Of a stretch of 55,946 nt of DNA, positions 8,635 through 19,193 are shown one piece after another. How positions within the stretch are numbered: the first letter of the stretch is position 1; each line of letters starts with the position of its first letter. The DNA is from Promethearchaeota archaeon (GTDB taxonomy: Archaea; Asgardarchaeota; Lokiarchaeia; Sigyniarchaeales; SOKP01), in the NCBI GenBank assembly GCA_016839585.1, contig JAEOTZ010000045.1:1-55946 (forward strand), read 5' to 3'. The notes under the pieces were generated by a model, which saw only the letters and a program-made list of their open reading frames with translations, was not told the origin of the DNA and ran no database searches. The position numbers and the translations under genes are program-made.

Positions 8635-10926
8635 TTATTCAACTGGTCGAAAAATTCCTTTTTTTATTAAAGAAAGAATTGCTTCATAATCTTTTGGAGT
8701 ACACACATTTTCCGGAAGTAAGTAAATAGCATAAAAGTAATTAAATTTATGTTGTTTCATAAAATCTAAAGCTCTTTTAATCATTTCTTTCTCATTTTGG
8801 TTTAGATCAGCTTTTTTAGGTATTACAATTTTTAATGGATAAAGGAGTGTAATATTCATATGCTTTTCCACTAAATTCTTTATTCCTCGAAATGGTTTAA
8901 GATTTCCATCAAATTGATCAATTAAGTTACCATAATTTTTGTATATATCATAAGCTAAAGACTCAATAGAGTATAAAAAGTTTTTAGAGGGATTTTCTTT
9001 CATTATTATGATTATTCTTAAATTTACAAACTCAACCATTAAAAGGATTGAGCCACGATACTCTAATTTAATTGTGCGTGAGTCTTTAGTTCCTTCTAAC
9101 ACTTCTGTTCCAAAATTATGCAATGCTTGTAGATATCCCGCAATTAATGTTAAATCAAATTCTTTTTCTTCAAATGACTCTGCGTATAAATCAATACCGG
9201 ATTTCTTATCAAGAACAATGATATATTTTAAATTCATAACATCTGTGCATTCTTCTAAGATTAGTTTTAATCTTTTTCTACCTTTTGTTTCGCGCTTTTT
9301 GAGGATTGTATAACCTATGAATCCCATAAAAGCAGCAGCAATTATAATAATGCCGATAATAAGAAATAGTGAAAAATCGGGGCTAGACCCAGTAGAAACT
9401 GGGACAGAAGTGATGGTAAATACTTGTGTTTGAACTCCTGCATCAGTTTGATTATTCCAATATAAATATGCAATATAGTTACCTTCTAAAATACCTGAAG
9501 GCAAATTATAAGAAAATACATTATTATCAGGTGGAATTGTCTTTTTTATTTCAAATTCAACAGAACCGAGAGGATCAATTAATTGAAATGTATAATTTCC
9601 AGGTAAAACAGGAGGACTAATTGAAAATACTAATTCTTCCCCAATTTCAAATTCAGTTGTAATAGTATTAATATTAAAGTTAATGTTTGGAGAATAAGCT
9701 TTTATTTCCCATTCTGCCCCATCTGAAATTATATTATGTGGTATACATAAGAGATTTTCTGTAGGGTTGATTGTTACATTGTTGGTTATATCTAACAAAT
9801 CTTTATAAATTGAAAAGTTCTTCCATTGTGAAGGATAGTAGAATTCTATTGAACAATTGCTTGAATATCGTGTAATGGAAGGTCTTACTATCCATTCATT
9901 AGTAGAATTAGCTTTAATTGTTACTGAAGCAGGGGATAAGAAAATATTATGCGTATTCAATAAATAATCTACATCGAAAATCAGAATTGCTGAATTATTG
10001 TTAAAAATAGGAAGGTTAATTTGTTCACTATTAGGAGAAAAAATTAGTGGAGTAAGGGGTAAATTACCAGATCCAATAGAAGGTCCATTTTGAATTTCAT
10101 AATACTCATTATCAATTTCAATAGTCATATTAATATCTTCTGGATAAACAGGAACTCCTGTTTCTCGAATTAATTTATATAAAAAGGGGGAATTTGATAT
10201 TCCCGTAGTCCAAATACCCTCTATAAATCGAGAGATTAATAAATTTGGATTTTTTGGATCAATATTGTTATAATACCAGTAATATTCATTATCGTTTACT
10301 GAAATAATATTCGAGCCATTTAAGACTAAAAAATAATCTCCTTTTGGTAATAATAATGGTGAGGGTGAAAGAAAGTCTTGCAAATACCATCCTTCTGCAT
10401 TTGACATATTGATATCCATAGTCAAATATATAGTATTATTAGGGATCTCGTTTGCTGTATCATATCCTCTTATTTGAACTTGAATAACTTTAGGAGAGGG
10501 GGTATTTTCTCTCCTTCCATATAGGTATATTCCATGCAGTGTCTCGGATTCATTTAAATGTAATTGTACTGCTAATCCTTGCTCTCTATCATTAACATTT
10601 TGGTAATAAATCGTATGATAAATTCCCGAATAACTTTTATTTTCGATATTTTCTATCTCTGTGCCTAGATTTTTTATATTTGTGAAATTTAGTTCAATAT
10701 TTTCTATGTTCCATGAAGAAGATGGCAATTCAATGTCAATTGAATCCACATTATTATGAAAACCCTGATTAATTGAATTTTCAACCATTTCGAAATTCAA
10801 GTTAATATTAAGAGAATGTTCACTACCATTTGACGAAACAACATCTAAATTCTGAAATAATACGGTAAATAAACTTAATAAGATTACAAAAATAAATCCT
10901 CTTTTTAATAAATTTAATGTCTTCAT
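8635..10926 (-). CDS. Single-pass receptor-like protein with cytoplasmic longin-like domain (dispersed copy D)
   Basis: N-terminal hydrophobic segment; many NxS/T sequons; TM FLIIGIIIIAAAFMGFIGY; YIIVLDKKSGIDLY...LIAGYLQALHNFG; collinear with the three ORFs at 32419-39544. Confidence 0.8.
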   Translation of the reverse strand: MKTLNLLKRGFIFVILLSLFTVLFQNLDVVSSNGSEHSLNINLNFEMVENSINQGFHNNVDSIDIELPSSSWNIENIELNFTNIKNLGTEIENIENKSYSGIYHTIYYQNVNDREQGLAVQLHLNESETLHGIYLYGRRENTPSPKVIQVQIRGYDTANEIPNNTIYLTMDINMSNAEGWYLQDFLSPSPLLLPKGDYFLVLNGSNIISVNDNEYYWYYNNIDPKNPNLLISRFIEGIWTTGISNSPFLYKLIRETGVPVYPEDINMTIEIDNEYYEIQNGPSIGSGNLPLTPLIFSPNSEQINLPIFNNNSAILIFDVDYLLNTHNIFLSPASVTIKANSTNEWIVRPSITRYSSNCSIEFYYPSQWKNFSIYKDLLDITNNVTINPTENLLCIPHNIISDGAEWEIKAYSPNINFNINTITTEFEIGEELVFSISPPVLPGNYTFQLIDPLGSVEFEIKKTIPPDNNVFSYNLPSGILEGNYIAYLYWNNQTDAGVQTQVFTITSVPVSTGSSPDFSLFLIIGIIIIAAAFMGFIGYTILKKRETKGRKRLKLILEECTDVMNLKYIIVLDKKSGIDLYAESFEEKEFDLTLIAGYLQALHNFGTEVLEGTKDSRTIKLEYRGSILLMVEFVNLRIIIIMKENPSKNFLYSIESLAYDIYKNYGNLIDQFDGNLKPFRGIKNLVEKHMNITLLYPLKIVIPKKADLNQNEKEMIKRALDFMKQHKFNYFYAIYLLPENVCTPKDYEAILSLIKKGIFRPVE

Positions 10927-11177
10927 AATTCAAATTAACTAGATTTTAGATTAGATTCTTCTTTCTTATTAAAAAATTTTTTGTTTATATTCTATTATGA
11001 ATTTTTAATGGAAATAATGAAATTTTTATTGAGAGAAGCACTTATCATTGATTTAGGATATTATTATTAAGAGTTTTCTACATAATTGTAAACACTTAAA
11101 TATCTAAAGAAAACAATATTACTTACTTAAATTGCATTTTAATTTCTTAATTAAGTTTAAAAGGGTGAATTTAAAAA

Positions 11178-11483
11178 ATGGTTGTTTTTATGCTTACTGC
11201 ATGGTATCCTTTCAATAAAATTAATGAAGTCACCAGTAAGGCTATGAAATATACTAAAATGCCAGATTACATAGTAAAATGGCGTGCTTTCTCGACTGCT
11301 GACGGAAAAGAAGGTGTAAAAGCCTACAATCTTATATATGTCGCAGACGATAAGGTAGCTGAAGCAGAAATATATATAGTAAAATTGCAGCAGGAATTTG
11401 TGGATATTGAAGGATATGTATATAAAATTGAACCACTTATGAGCATGAGAGATTACCAGAAATTTATGGCTTTAAAGCTATAA
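11178..11483 (+). CDS. Hypothetical small protein
   Basis: Clean ORF with GGGTGA RBS-like site upstream. Confidence 0.65.
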   Translation: MVVFMLTAWYPFNKINEVTSKAMKYTKMPDYIVKWRAFSTADGKEGVKAYNLIYVADDKVAEAEIYIVKLQQEFVDIEGYVYKIEPLMSMRDYQKFMALKL

Positions 11484-11536
11484 TACTTTGATAATTAATC
11501 TAAATTATAAATAATACTTTTTTTTAATTTTATCTT

Positions 11537-11758
11537 TTATTCATACCTTTTTTTTATCCATATTACATATTGTATCCTTGTTAATAATAAAATACCACCA
11601 AGTAATAATGCAATACCAATAGCCATTAATAGTGGAGATGCTTTTTCTGGTGAATTTGTATACAATATAACCCAGATAATTAATAAAACTATCGCTACAA
11701 TTATTATAATTAAAGAATAGTTTCTTATCTTCGTGTCAAATTTATCGAGTTCTTCCAT
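11537..11758 (-). CDS. Small two-TM membrane protein (start likely ATG at 11758, not 11863)
   Basis: MEELDKF... followed by two hydrophobic helices; upstream extension looks intergenic. Confidence 0.6.
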   Translation of the reverse strand: MEELDKFDTKIRNYSLIIIIVAIVLLIIWVILYTNSPEKASPLLMAIGIALLLGGILLLTRIQYVIWIKKRYE

Positions 11759-12051
11759 TTTAACTTTAAATTTACACAGCTTATTTGAATTATCTTTGAG
11801 ATATGAAAGATTAAATGAATTAAAGTTAAAGATATAAAAAAATGTTTCCTTAAAACATCTCAAAAATGAAATTATTCATAATTATAGCAATTAATTCATT
11901 CAATTTCCTAAAAATCTTAAATCGTAAAAGTGAATACTATTATTTACTTTACTTTTTAAATCAATTTTAGAAGATCTCTTGATTTTTTATTATACAAACA
12001 TAAAAAAGCCTACTTTTTCATTTTAAAGTAATTATTAAATATAAAAAATAT

Positions 12052-12417
12052 ATGGTGAAATTATTGGCAGAAATAGCAAAAGTAGAAGAAAAAAGTGATA
12101 TTGAGGAAGTTAAGGAAGAAGCTATAACGAGAACAATCATTCCAGAGATATGTACATATGAGAATGAAGATAGCACAGGTTATATAATAGAAGTTATTTT
12201 ACCTGGTGTAGAGAAAGATACTATTAAGTTAAAGATGAATAAAAACAATTTAATTGTATATGGTGAAACCGATTCATTAAATTACGGTGGTCTCTATCAA
12301 TTATGTTGCCCAATCGATCCTGACAAAGCGAAATCGACCTATAGAAATGGATTACTAAAGATTGAGGTTCCTTATTTAGATATAATGAAAGATACTGTTA
12401 ATATTAAAATAGAATAA
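12052..12417 (+). CDS. Hsp20/alpha-crystallin family small heat shock protein
   Basis: LPGVEKDTIKL and AKSTYRNGLLKIEVP. Confidence 0.85.
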   Translation: MVKLLAEIAKVEEKSDIEEVKEEAITRTIIPEICTYENEDSTGYIIEVILPGVEKDTIKLKMNKNNLIVYGETDSLNYGGLYQLCCPIDPDKAKSTYRNGLLKIEVPYLDIMKDTVNIKIE

Positions 12418-12550
12418 AAATTTCTTTTTTTTCTTTTTTTATTAATATAACTGAAAAGATATCTCTATTTTCTCGTTTAATAGGCACAATCTATAATAGG
12501 ATTTCTTAATTTGATAGCATTATAATATACAAAATAAAAATTCTTCATCA

Positions 12551-13015
12551 TTGAAAGTTTCCCTAAAAATACAAATAAATAATTTAATAACAATTTATGA
12601 GCAAAAGGCAGAGTGTGGGATATTTTTTAAGCTTAATAAAGGAAAATCACCTTTAGAAATAATTGGAGTATTAGATTTCTTAAAATACAAGATTATAAAA
12701 TGGGGGAATACAAATCTCTTTAGCTATCATGGTAATTTATTCAATGATAATAGTATTCTAGTAGTTGGAGCACGGGATCTGGAAGAAGCTATAAGCATAA
12801 TGATTTATATGTTTTTAACTAATGTTGTAGATAATCAGTACGAAATTGACAGTTTAATCGAGAAATTAGGGTCTTCAAAGGATATTGAACTGTATTTAAG
12901 AAACTTGTTTTCTGAAAACACAAAAAAAGGATATCCACGTAATTTAGATTTGGAAATACAATTAAAAAATCATTTAGAAGGTCTTATTAAAGATGAAAAT
13001 ATTTCTAAAACCTAA
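12551..13015 (+). CDS. Hypothetical protein
   Basis: 154-aa ORF filling the gap; no motif recognised. Confidence 0.6.
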   Translation: MKVSLKIQINNLITIYEQKAECGIFFKLNKGKSPLEIIGVLDFLKYKIIKWGNTNLFSYHGNLFNDNSILVVGARDLEEAISIMIYMFLTNVVDNQYEIDSLIEKLGSSKDIELYLRNLFSENTKKGYPRNLDLEIQLKNHLEGLIKDENISKT

Positions 13016-13034
13016 TATTAATTTATTAATTTCC

Positions 13035-14318
13035 CTAAATCTGCTCTTTTTTAATATTTCGTGATAGGTAAGTTAAAATGAAGAAAATTAATAGCCCCCC
13101 AAATATAAGAAAATAGTGTATTGCATATATTTCAATCTCCATAACGTATCCTGCTATTATGGGAGTTAACCCAAATCCCATTCCTACGATAATTTCATTA
13201 ATGGTCGAATATCTTGTTGAATTCTCAGCTGTTCCATATTCAAGCATAATTTTCATTCCAACCCCGTGAATTAATCCTAAGAACAGCCCAACAATAGCTG
13301 TTATTATTGAAATATACCAGATATTTCCCAAAAGAACAATTGTGAATGAAATTAGGATTACTGCTATGAAACTCAACAAGGTGGCTATTTTTCTACTATG
13401 AATTTTCATTGAATTTATCCAGGTTAAACCTAATAGTTGCATAAATTGTAGTCCACATTGTACAAGATAGGTTAGATAAGAGAATTCATCAGATAAAAGG
13501 GCTTTTAGAAGAATTGGATAGCCAAAAATAAATGTTGATTTTGATATTGTTAAAAACATTATACTAAACCATGAAAAAAGTACAGGGTATACAATCATAG
13601 GTGTTTGTGAGTTGACTACTAAATCTTCTTTAATATCTAAGTGAGAAAGGGGGTCTTCTGTTTGATAAATTACACCTTTTTTTAAAATAGCAGATCCCTT
13701 TTCCTTTTTTATGAAGAAACTTAAAGGGATTAATAAAAATGATAATAACCAAGAAATTATCATTGCAGAAAAATCATTTAAAGAAAACGCCCAGAGAAAA
13801 CCGACAAGAAGCCCGATAATAAAACCAGAATTCCAAGAAAGATTAAATAGAGCAAAATTTTTCTTTGATTTTTCAATACTACTTACTTTTTGCCACTTAC
13901 TTAATAGATTTAGACAATTTGGCCAAAATAATCCCAATGTTAATCCCAATAATATTCGGCAGATAATTAAAAACCAAGCCTCAGGGTATAATATTTGAGC
14001 TACTGTTAGAAATGGGGTCAAAATCGAATTTAATATAAGAGCATTTCTAATCCCTAAAAATTTAGTTGTTAGCAATTGCCCTATTATGGGTGCAACAATA
14101 TAAGTAATTGCTCCTGCAGAAGATATGAAACCTAAAGTACTTTCTCTAATATCTATTACGAAATAAAGATAATTAAATAGAGCTCTTTCAAAAATTGAAA
14201 GATAAAACAACCTTACAAAGGCAAGCACAAAAATTGGCCATGTCCGATAATCTCCCCCCGAGTATTTGGTATTAACTTTATTATTTTGATATGTAGGAGA
14301 TTTTCTCGGGTTTTCCAT
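13035..14318 (-). CDS. MFS transporter (divergent)
   Basis: 6+6 TM with central loop; ICRILLG, WNSGFIIG. Confidence 0.8.
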   Translation of the reverse strand: MENPRKSPTYQNNKVNTKYSGGDYRTWPIFVLAFVRLFYLSIFERALFNYLYFVIDIRESTLGFISSAGAITYIVAPIIGQLLTTKFLGIRNALILNSILTPFLTVAQILYPEAWFLIICRILLGLTLGLFWPNCLNLLSKWQKVSSIEKSKKNFALFNLSWNSGFIIGLLVGFLWAFSLNDFSAMIISWLLSFLLIPLSFFIKKEKGSAILKKGVIYQTEDPLSHLDIKEDLVVNSQTPMIVYPVLFSWFSIMFLTISKSTFIFGYPILLKALLSDEFSYLTYLVQCGLQFMQLLGLTWINSMKIHSRKIATLLSFIAVILISFTIVLLGNIWYISIITAIVGLFLGLIHGVGMKIMLEYGTAENSTRYSTINEIIVGMGFGLTPIIAGYVMEIEIYAIHYFLIFGGLLIFFILTYLSRNIKKEQI

Positions 14319-14536
14319 CGTTCAATACCTTTTTAAATTTAATTAAAATTTAAAATAATACTTTCCTCAAATATTTTCTTAAAGGATAATGTTATTCAAA
14401 AAGGTTCGAAATGTATTTGGAAATCATTAAATATAATTAATTTGAACGTGAATTAGAAAATTAGCTTATTAAAGGACCTTTAGGGATTAATGTGTGAAAA
14501 AAATCAGCAAAAATATAAAATTGATTTATTGTGCTT

Positions 14537-15379
14537 CTATTGAAATATATCAAATCCAGCATTTTTGAATGCTTGAATTTGTTTTTCATTGAATTCGACC
14601 ATTGCCTTAGAGGGGTATCTTAATTTAAATAAGAATTGTGCATGATTTCTTATCTCCAACTTTTTCATCCTTTTTTTAACCAGTTTTATCCAACTAGTTT
14701 TATGTTGTTTACTTGCCTCAACAACTTCTATATAAGCTTTTTCAAGATACTTATCTACATTTATATCGAAATCCCCATATTTATTATTATAAGCTTCTAC
14801 TATCTCGTCATCACTTAAAATTTTATATTTTTCATTATGAGCAATTAAGTTGTGTTTTAATTTAGGAATGAATTCTGGAATAGATTCTGGATATCCTATC
14901 GATAAAATCATCATAGGAAGTACATACTTAGGTATTGAGAAATACTCCCTCGCATTATCAATCTTAGATTGAATTGATCCCACGTAAACGGACCCAAGTC
15001 CATAGTTTTCAGCTAAGATGACAACATTTTGGGCAGCACACATAAGATCAGCATAGGCAATTAAAAAATGGGAAAGGGAATTTTCTCCCTGAAAATTAGT
15101 ATCAGACTTGAGAGTCCATTTTTTTATCCTATAGAAATCTATACAAAAAATCATGGATAAAGGTGCATTTTTTACCCAAGGTTGACCTCCAACAAATTCT
15201 GTTAATTTTTTCTTTCCTTCGACCCCTTGTACAATGATGATTGATATTGGTTGAATGTTTCCTCCTGATGGAGCATTATTAGCAACTTGAATAAGTTTTT
15301 CAAGGATATGATCTGGAATTTTTGTATCTTTAAAGTATCTAACAGATCGTCTTTCCATCATTAAATCATAAAGATTCAT
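14537..15379 (-). CDS. Nitroreductase, NfsA/Frp-like
   Basis: RRSVRYF, APSGGNIQP, AAQNVVILAENYGLGSVYVG. Confidence 0.9.
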   Translation of the reverse strand: MNLYDLMMERRSVRYFKDTKIPDHILEKLIQVANNAPSGGNIQPISIIIVQGVEGKKKLTEFVGGQPWVKNAPLSMIFCIDFYRIKKWTLKSDTNFQGENSLSHFLIAYADLMCAAQNVVILAENYGLGSVYVGSIQSKIDNAREYFSIPKYVLPMMILSIGYPESIPEFIPKLKHNLIAHNEKYKILSDDEIVEAYNNKYGDFDINVDKYLEKAYIEVVEASKQHKTSWIKLVKKRMKKLEIRNHAQFLFKLRYPSKAMVEFNEKQIQAFKNAGFDIFQ

Positions 15380-15521
15380 AATATATCTGATTGAATTTAA
15401 TTTATTCAGAAGATTTATGATTAATTAAAAATGAAAATATCATTTTAGGTTATGTATATCTTTCTTAAACAAAAAATTAATATTTTTTAGCATATCTTTA
15501 TACAAAAACAATTAATTTTAG

Positions 15522-16745
15522 ATGATTATGAAGTATCGAAAAATGGGTTCATTGGGTTGGGAAGTATCTGCTTTAGGTTTTGGAGCTATGCGATTACCAG
15601 TAGAACAGAATTTTAAAATAATCGAAGATGAAGCGATTAAAATGATTCGTTATGCAATTGATCATGGAGTAAATTATGTTGATACAGCATATCCTTATCA
15701 TGATGGTAATAGTGAAGTAATAGTTGGAAAAGCATTAAAAGATGGTTATCGTGAAAAAGTTCATCTCACTACAAAATTACCTATTTGGTTAGTTAAAAAA
15801 AGAGAGGATTTTGACAAATATCTTAACGAACAGATTGGGAGATTACAAACAAATCCGGATATTTATTTATTTCATGGATTAAACAAAGGACGATTTGAAA
15901 AAATTAAAAAGCTTAATTTAATCGAAAAAATGGAAGAAGCTAGAGATATTGGTTTATTTCAATACATAGGTTTCTCATTTCATGATAGTTTTGAAGTATT
16001 TCAAGAGATAATTGATTATTATGATTGGGACTGTTGTCAAATCCAACATAATTATCTAGATATCGATTATCAAGCAGGTACTAATGGATTAACATATGCT
16101 GGAAGTAAAAACATTGCAGTTATTATTATGGAACCAATTCGAGGCGGGAAATTGGCTATTCCAGAGAATAAATTAGAGGCAAAGCCAGAGATTAAGGAAG
16201 TATTGGAAAACTCGAAGGTAATAAGGAGTATGGCTGATTGGGCTTTACAATTCCTTTGGAATCAACCTGAAGTTTCAGTTGTATTAAGTGGTATGAGTAA
16301 TATGCAACAAGTTATAGAAAATGTAGAATCTGCTGATAAATCAGGAATTAATATTCTATCTGAAGAAGAATTACATACAATTTTTAATTTACGAAAAGCA
16401 TACAAGAAATATGATATAGTACCTTGCACAAGTTGTGGATATTGTATGCCCTGCCCAAATGGAGTAACTATTCCAAGCGTTCTAATGCTTATAAATGAAA
16501 TTGCATATTGGGGTGAAAGACGTAAACCAAGAATTGCATTTTTTTATAATAGAATGGTTAAAACCCAAGAAGATTTAGAAAAAAAGATATCAGAAGGAGA
16601 AGAAGTTGAAGGAGCAGCCTCTCTATGCATTCAATGCGAGGAATGTCTGGATAAGTGTCCACAACAAATTAATATTCCTGATATAATGGAAAAGGCAAAC
16701 GCTATTTTTAAAGACAACAAAAAAGTTTCAGAAGTTCTGGAATAA
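15522..16745 (+). CDS. Aldo/keto reductase with C-terminal 4Fe-4S dicluster
   Basis: LGFGAMRLP, VDTAYPY, IGFSFH, CTSCGYCMPCP, CIQCEECLDKCP. Confidence 0.9.
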   Translation: MIMKYRKMGSLGWEVSALGFGAMRLPVEQNFKIIEDEAIKMIRYAIDHGVNYVDTAYPYHDGNSEVIVGKALKDGYREKVHLTTKLPIWLVKKREDFDKYLNEQIGRLQTNPDIYLFHGLNKGRFEKIKKLNLIEKMEEARDIGLFQYIGFSFHDSFEVFQEIIDYYDWDCCQIQHNYLDIDYQAGTNGLTYAGSKNIAVIIMEPIRGGKLAIPENKLEAKPEIKEVLENSKVIRSMADWALQFLWNQPEVSVVLSGMSNMQQVIENVESADKSGINILSEEELHTIFNLRKAYKKYDIVPCTSCGYCMPCPNGVTIPSVLMLINEIAYWGERRKPRIAFFYNRMVKTQEDLEKKISEGEEVEGAASLCIQCEECLDKCPQQINIPDIMEKANAIFKDNKKVSEVLE

Positions 16746-16896
16746 AATTTTTACTATTTTTTATTATATTTTTTTCTTTCCTTTTATAACTTTTTCTAAA
16801 AAGATTAGCGGACTGGATGTTGAAAGTTGAAAAACTGAAGATTATATAAATAAGAGATAATTAATTCATAAAAATAAATAATTTTAGAATTTTAAA

Positions 16897-17805
16897 GTGT
16901 TAAAAATGGTTAAAGTTCATAAAATTGTGAACCCTAAAATTGAAGTAGATCTTGATGTTTGTACTAAATGTAAAGCATGCACACGTGCATGCCCTTTAAG
17001 ACTTTACTATTTTAGAGATGATAATCTAGTTATGAGACGGTCTACTGAAATTTTATGTATGGAATGTGGACATTGTTTTGCAGTTTGTCCAGTTAATGCA
17101 ATAAAATTAAGATTTTACCCTGAAGAAGAGAAAAAAGAGAGTTTGGAAGATTTTGAGCTTCCCCCTTACAAAACATTATTAAATCTAATTAAAGCTCGAA
17201 GATCTATAAGAAATTTTAGATCTGAACCAATTCCAGAAGATTTATGGAATAAACTTCTTGAAGCAGGAATATATTCTCCTACAGGTCATAATGATCAATT
17301 GGTAAATTTTACAATTTTGCGTGATCCTGAACTTTTGAAAAAATTTTCAGATGAAATTACTAAGGGATTTATAGCACTTTCTAAAATTTATGCTGAACGT
17401 AGTAAATGGAGAGAATATAGAAAGTCTATTGAAAAAAACTCCCTAAAGATAATTGAGGGTACTCTTCCATATTTTAATGATACACTTAAGGGAATTGAAC
17501 GAGGTGAGGATTTTTGGCGCTGGAATGGAGAATTAATTATTATTCATGCTCCTAAAAAAACAGTTACATTAATTCAAGATTGTTCTGTAGCAGCTACCAA
17601 CATCATGTTAGCAGCAGAATCATCGGGATTAGGAACATGTTCGTTGGGAATTGCAACAGTCGCTATAAATGAGTTTGAGAATGTTGCTAAAGTAATTCAA
17701 TTTCCACAAAATCATTTAGTAGGTTATACTTTAACAGTTGGATTCCCTCGAGTGAAATATTATAGAATACCACCTCGTAGGTCAGCAAAAGTAAAGTGGC
17801 TTTAA
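16897..17805 (+). CDS. Ferredoxin-nitroreductase fusion
   Basis: CTKCKACTRACP, CMECGHCFAVCP, RRSIRNF, SPTGHN, GLGTC. Confidence 0.9.
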   Translation: MLKMVKVHKIVNPKIEVDLDVCTKCKACTRACPLRLYYFRDDNLVMRRSTEILCMECGHCFAVCPVNAIKLRFYPEEEKKESLEDFELPPYKTLLNLIKARRSIRNFRSEPIPEDLWNKLLEAGIYSPTGHNDQLVNFTILRDPELLKKFSDEITKGFIALSKIYAERSKWREYRKSIEKNSLKIIEGTLPYFNDTLKGIERGEDFWRWNGELIIIHAPKKTVTLIQDCSVAATNIMLAAESSGLGTCSLGIATVAINEFENVAKVIQFPQNHLVGYTLTVGFPRVKYYRIPPRRSAKVKWL

Positions 17806-17850
17806 ATATTGCTTATAAAAAAAATTGTAAAAAGAATAAATAAATACTTT

Positions 17851-18189
17851 TTAAATGGTTTTAATCATTATTAACATCATTTTGTACTTTTCGAGTGCCT
17901 TTAATGCGTGGGGTTCATTTGCAGGCATGATAATCATTTGCCCCTTCTCTAAAACAAATTCTTTTTTAGAAATTGTAATTTTAGCTTTTCCATCGATTAT
18001 ATATACAAGAGCATCAAATGGGGTGGTATGTTCACTTAATCCTTCATCTTTATCAAAAGAGAATAAAGTGACTGTACCTTCTTCCTTATTTATTAGAGTT
18101 CTACTAACTACTGAGCCTTCTTGATAATCTAGCATTTCATCTAAGTTATTTATTTTTACTTCTTCCTTAATTAAATCCTTGTCTGTCAA
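17851..18189 (-). CDS. Cupin domain protein
   Basis: LSEHTTPFDALVYIIDG...MPANEPHAL. Confidence 0.9.
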   Translation of the reverse strand: MTDKDLIKEEVKINNLDEMLDYQEGSVVSRTLINKEEGTVTLFSFDKDEGLSEHTTPFDALVYIIDGKAKITISKKEFVLEKGQMIIMPANEPHALKALEKYKMMLIMIKTI

Positions 18190-18332
18190 ATTTCTTTCAC
18201 ATAAAAATTATCGAATTTTTAAATTAAATAAGGAAAATTTACATATAAAATTAAATTCGAACATGTTTTATGTATTCACATTTATAATATATTATGTGTC
18301 TAGTAATCAAATTTGTTTAAGATGACATTAAT

Positions 18333-18641
18333 ATGAATGATACATTTAGCGAGCGAGTAAAACAACTAATTAAACAAATTCCGAGTGGAAAGGTTGCAAC
18401 ATATGGTCAAATTGCCGCTTATGCGGAAAATCCACGTGCTGCACGACAGGTAGCATGGATATTGCATTCTTGTTCGAGGAAAGATAATTTACCATGGCAT
18501 AGAGTTATTAATAGTAAGGGAGGGATTTCATTGCCTTATGATGGAGGTTATGAATTACAGAAAAAGCTATTAGAATTAGAGGGGATTGTTTTTGATGAAG
18601 ATGATTTCATTGATCTTAATATTTATATCTGGCATTTATAG
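18333..18641 (+). CDS. Alkyltransferase-like (ATL/YbaZ-type) protein, MGMT family
   Basis: IPSGKVATYGQIA, ARQV, PWHRV (Trp replaces the catalytic Cys of PCHRV). Confidence 0.9.
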   Translation: MNDTFSERVKQLIKQIPSGKVATYGQIAAYAENPRAARQVAWILHSCSRKDNLPWHRVINSKGGISLPYDGGYELQKKLLELEGIVFDEDDFIDLNIYIWHL

Positions 18642-18673
18642 ATGAAAATTAAAAGTAAAATTTCTAATAAAAT

Positions 18674-19147
18674 TTGAAAAAAAGTGTGAGAAAAGATATA
18701 GAAATGAAATATAAAGAGATATTAGATATTCTTGCTCCATGTGGGCTTAATTGTCGTAAGTGTTTTGCAAACTCTAATGGAGAAATAAGGAAAAATAGCA
18801 TAAAATTACAAGAACTTTTAGGATCTTTTGATAGATATGCCGAAAGATTCTCAATATTTCTTCCGGTATTTAAAAATTATCCTTCTTTTAAAGAACTACT
18901 TATCTATTTAACACAGGATAATTGCAATGGATGTAGAAAAGGATCTTGTTTTTATCCTGATTGTGGAGTAAGAGATTGTTATAAAAGTAAAAATGTTGAC
19001 TTTTGCTTCCAATGTGATGAATTTCCTTGTGAAAAAACTAATTTTGATCCTGATCTTAAGAGAAGGTGGATTCAAATGAATAATGAGATGAAAGAAATAG
19101 GAATAAGTTCATATTACCAAAAAACTAAAAATTTACCAAGGTATTAG
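18674..19147 (+). CDS. DUF3795 Cys-rich protein (start possibly ATG at 18703)
   Basis: APCGLNCRKC, CNGCR, CGVRDC, FCFQCDEFPC. Confidence 0.8.
   Translation: MKKSVRKDIEMKYKEILDILAPCGLNCRKCFANSNGEIRKNSIKLQELLGSFDRYAERFSIFLPVFKNYPSFKELLIYLTQDNCNGCRKGSCFYPDCGVRDCYKSKNVDFCFQCDEFPCEKTNFDPDLKRRWIQMNNEMKEIGISSYYQKTKNLPRY
18937..19147 (+). repeat. ~210-bp direct repeat, copy 1 (3' part of DUF3795 gene)
   Basis: Aligns without gaps to 21518-21728 (offset 2581). Confidence 0.9.
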
Positions 19148-19193
19148 TACAAAAGGAAAAAAAAAAAGAAAAAATATAGTTAAATTTAGGAAT

